A stretch of DNA of 64,000 nt from the human T2T-CHM13v2.0 reference genome, Homo sapiens. The stretch is from assembly GCF_009914755.1 (NCBI RefSeq), contig NC_060947.1. One strand, written 5' to 3'. Shown here one piece after another: positions 62,601 to 64,000 of this stretch. Below the pieces are notes generated by a model. The model searched no databases. It saw only the letters and a program-made list of their open reading frames with translations, and was not told the origin of the DNA. How positions within the stretch are numbered: the stretch's first letter is position 1; every line of letters starts with the position of its first letter. The position numbers and the translations under genes are program-made.

Positions 62601-64000
62601 ACTTACAGATTCTACAAAAAGACAGTTTCAAACTGCTCCATCAAAAGGAGGGTTCAACCGTGTGACTTGAATGCAATCATTACTCAGAAATTTCTGAGAA
62701 TGCTTCTCTTTAGTTTTTACGTGAACATATACCCGTTTCGAACGAAGGCCACCCAGTGGTCCAAATATCCACTTGCAGATTATACAGAAAGAGTGTTTCG
62801 AACCTGAACTCTCAAAGGCAGGTTCATCTCTGCGAGTTAAATGCATTCATCATGAAGAACTTTCTCAGAGTGTTTGTGTTTAGTTATGGGAAATTATTCC
62901 CCTTTCCAACGAAATCCTCAGAGAGCTCCAAATATCCACCTGCAGATTCTACCAAAAGTGTATTTGGAAACTGCTCCATCAAAAGGCATGTTCAGCTCTG
63001 TGAGTGAAACTCCATCATCACAAAGAATATTCTGAGAATGCTTCCGTTTGCCTTTTATATGAAGTTCCTTCCTGTACTACCGTAGGCCTCAAAGCAGTCC
63101 AAATCTCCATTTGCAGATTCTACAAAAAGAGTGATTCCAATCTGCTCTATCAATAGGATTGTTCAACTCCATGAGTTGAATGCCATCCTCACAAAGCAGT
63201 TTCTGAGAATGCTTCTATCTGGTTTTTGTGTGAAGATATTTCCTTTTCCACCACAGGCCTCAAAGCCCTCCAAACGTCCACTTGCAGATTCTCGAAAAAG
63301 AGTGTTTCATAGCTGCTCTTTCAAAAGGAAAGTTCAACTCTGGCAGTTGAATACAAACATCACAAAGTAGTTTCCGAGAATGCTTCTGTTTAGTTTTTAT
63401 GTGAAGATGATCCCGTTTCCAGTGAAATCTTCAAAGAGGTCCACATATCCCCTTGCAGATTCCAAAGAAAGAGGGTTTCAAAACTGCTCCATCAGAAGGA
63501 TTGTTCAACTCTGTGAGTTGAATGCAGTCATCGCAGAAAACTTTCTGAGAATGCTTCTGTCTAGGTTTGATGTGAAGATATAGACGTTTCAAACGAAGGC
63601 TACAAAGTGGTCAAAATATACACTTGCAGATTCTACTACAAGGGTGTTGCAAACCTGAACTATCAAAGGAAGGTTCAACTCTGTGAGTTGAATACAAACA
63701 TCACAAAGAATGTTCTGAGTTTGCTTCCGTTCAGTTATGGGAAGTTGATCCCTTTTCCAACGAAATCCTCAGAGAGGTCCAAATATCCCCTCGCAGATTC
63801 TACAAAACGTGTGTTTGGAAACTGCTCCATCATAACGAATGTTCAGCTCCCTGAGTTAAACTCCATCGTCACAAAGAATTTTCTGAGAGTGCTACCGTCT
63901 GGTTTTTATATGAAGTTCTTTCCTTCACTACCACAGGCCTCAAAGCGGTCCAAATCTCCACTTGCAGATTCTACAAAAAGAGTGCTTGCAAACTGCTCTA
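47675..64000 (-). repeat. 12-HOR block, copy 2, truncated by the window end
   Basis: Carries the same ordered series of diagnostic variants and indels as about 23000-39326. Confidence 0.85.

Larger units (their letters stand above)
1..64000 (-). repeat. DXZ1: Alpha-satellite HOR array, 12-mer of 2057 bp, consistent with the human X centromere array DXZ1 (SF3)
   Basis: Near-identical pseudo-ORFs recur at 27, 2084, 4141, 6198 and so on (period 2057). Alphoid motifs (CAACTCTGTGAGTTGAATGCA, TTTCTGAGAATGCTTC, CACTTGCAGATTCTAC) recur every ~171 bp. One GGATCC per unit (1577, 3634, 5691...) matches the classical 2.0-kb BamHI repeat. Strand is assigned from CENP-B box orientation. The chromosome assignment is from recalled DXZ1 properties, not from a search. 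Confidence 0.95.

Noticed and set aside
27-63583. About 240 ORFs of 65-173 aa on both strands
   Set aside because: They recur with the 2057-bp period, resemble each other at monomer spacing, overlap in conflicting frames, and gain or lose stops and frameshifts freely. They are translations of satellite DNA with no recognisable protein family.
1-64000. CRISPR-like pattern of conserved motifs with variable intervening sequence
   Set aside because: The intervening segments are homologous parts of 171-bp monomers, not unique spacers, and there are no cas genes.
1-64000. L1/Alu insertion or inversion within the array
   Set aside because: All inter-unit distances are 2054-2057 bp or 1035 bp, leaving no room for an insertion. 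There is no poly(A) tract, and box orientation is constant.

Overview
The whole window is human-type centromeric alpha satellite: about 373 head-to-tail ~171-bp monomers in one orientation, organised as a 2057-bp 12-monomer higher-order repeat (HOR). The period, the single BamHI site per unit, the pentameric BBBAA-BBBAA-BA box pattern and the 167/186-bp monomers match the X-chromosome DXZ1 array (SF3), with CENP-B boxes reading on the minus strand. There are 30 near-full HORs, one 1035-bp 6-mer variant and a partial HOR at the right edge. I see no genes, transposons, inversions or CRISPR, and every ORF in the track is an artefact of the repeat. I found no new gene-encoded system. The interest is structural: (i) a +15-bp insertion in the long monomer, built from inverted copies of its own flank, giving two mutually exclusive hairpins once per HOR; (ii) a 6-mer HOR with a 4-bp junction; (iii) nested block duplications at offsets of 2, 3, 4 and 12 HORs; (iv) a heavily diverged HOR tract; (v) CENP-B-box-disrupting variants spread by those duplications. 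All variant calls were made by eye, aided by the ORF track, so counts and breakpoints are approximate.
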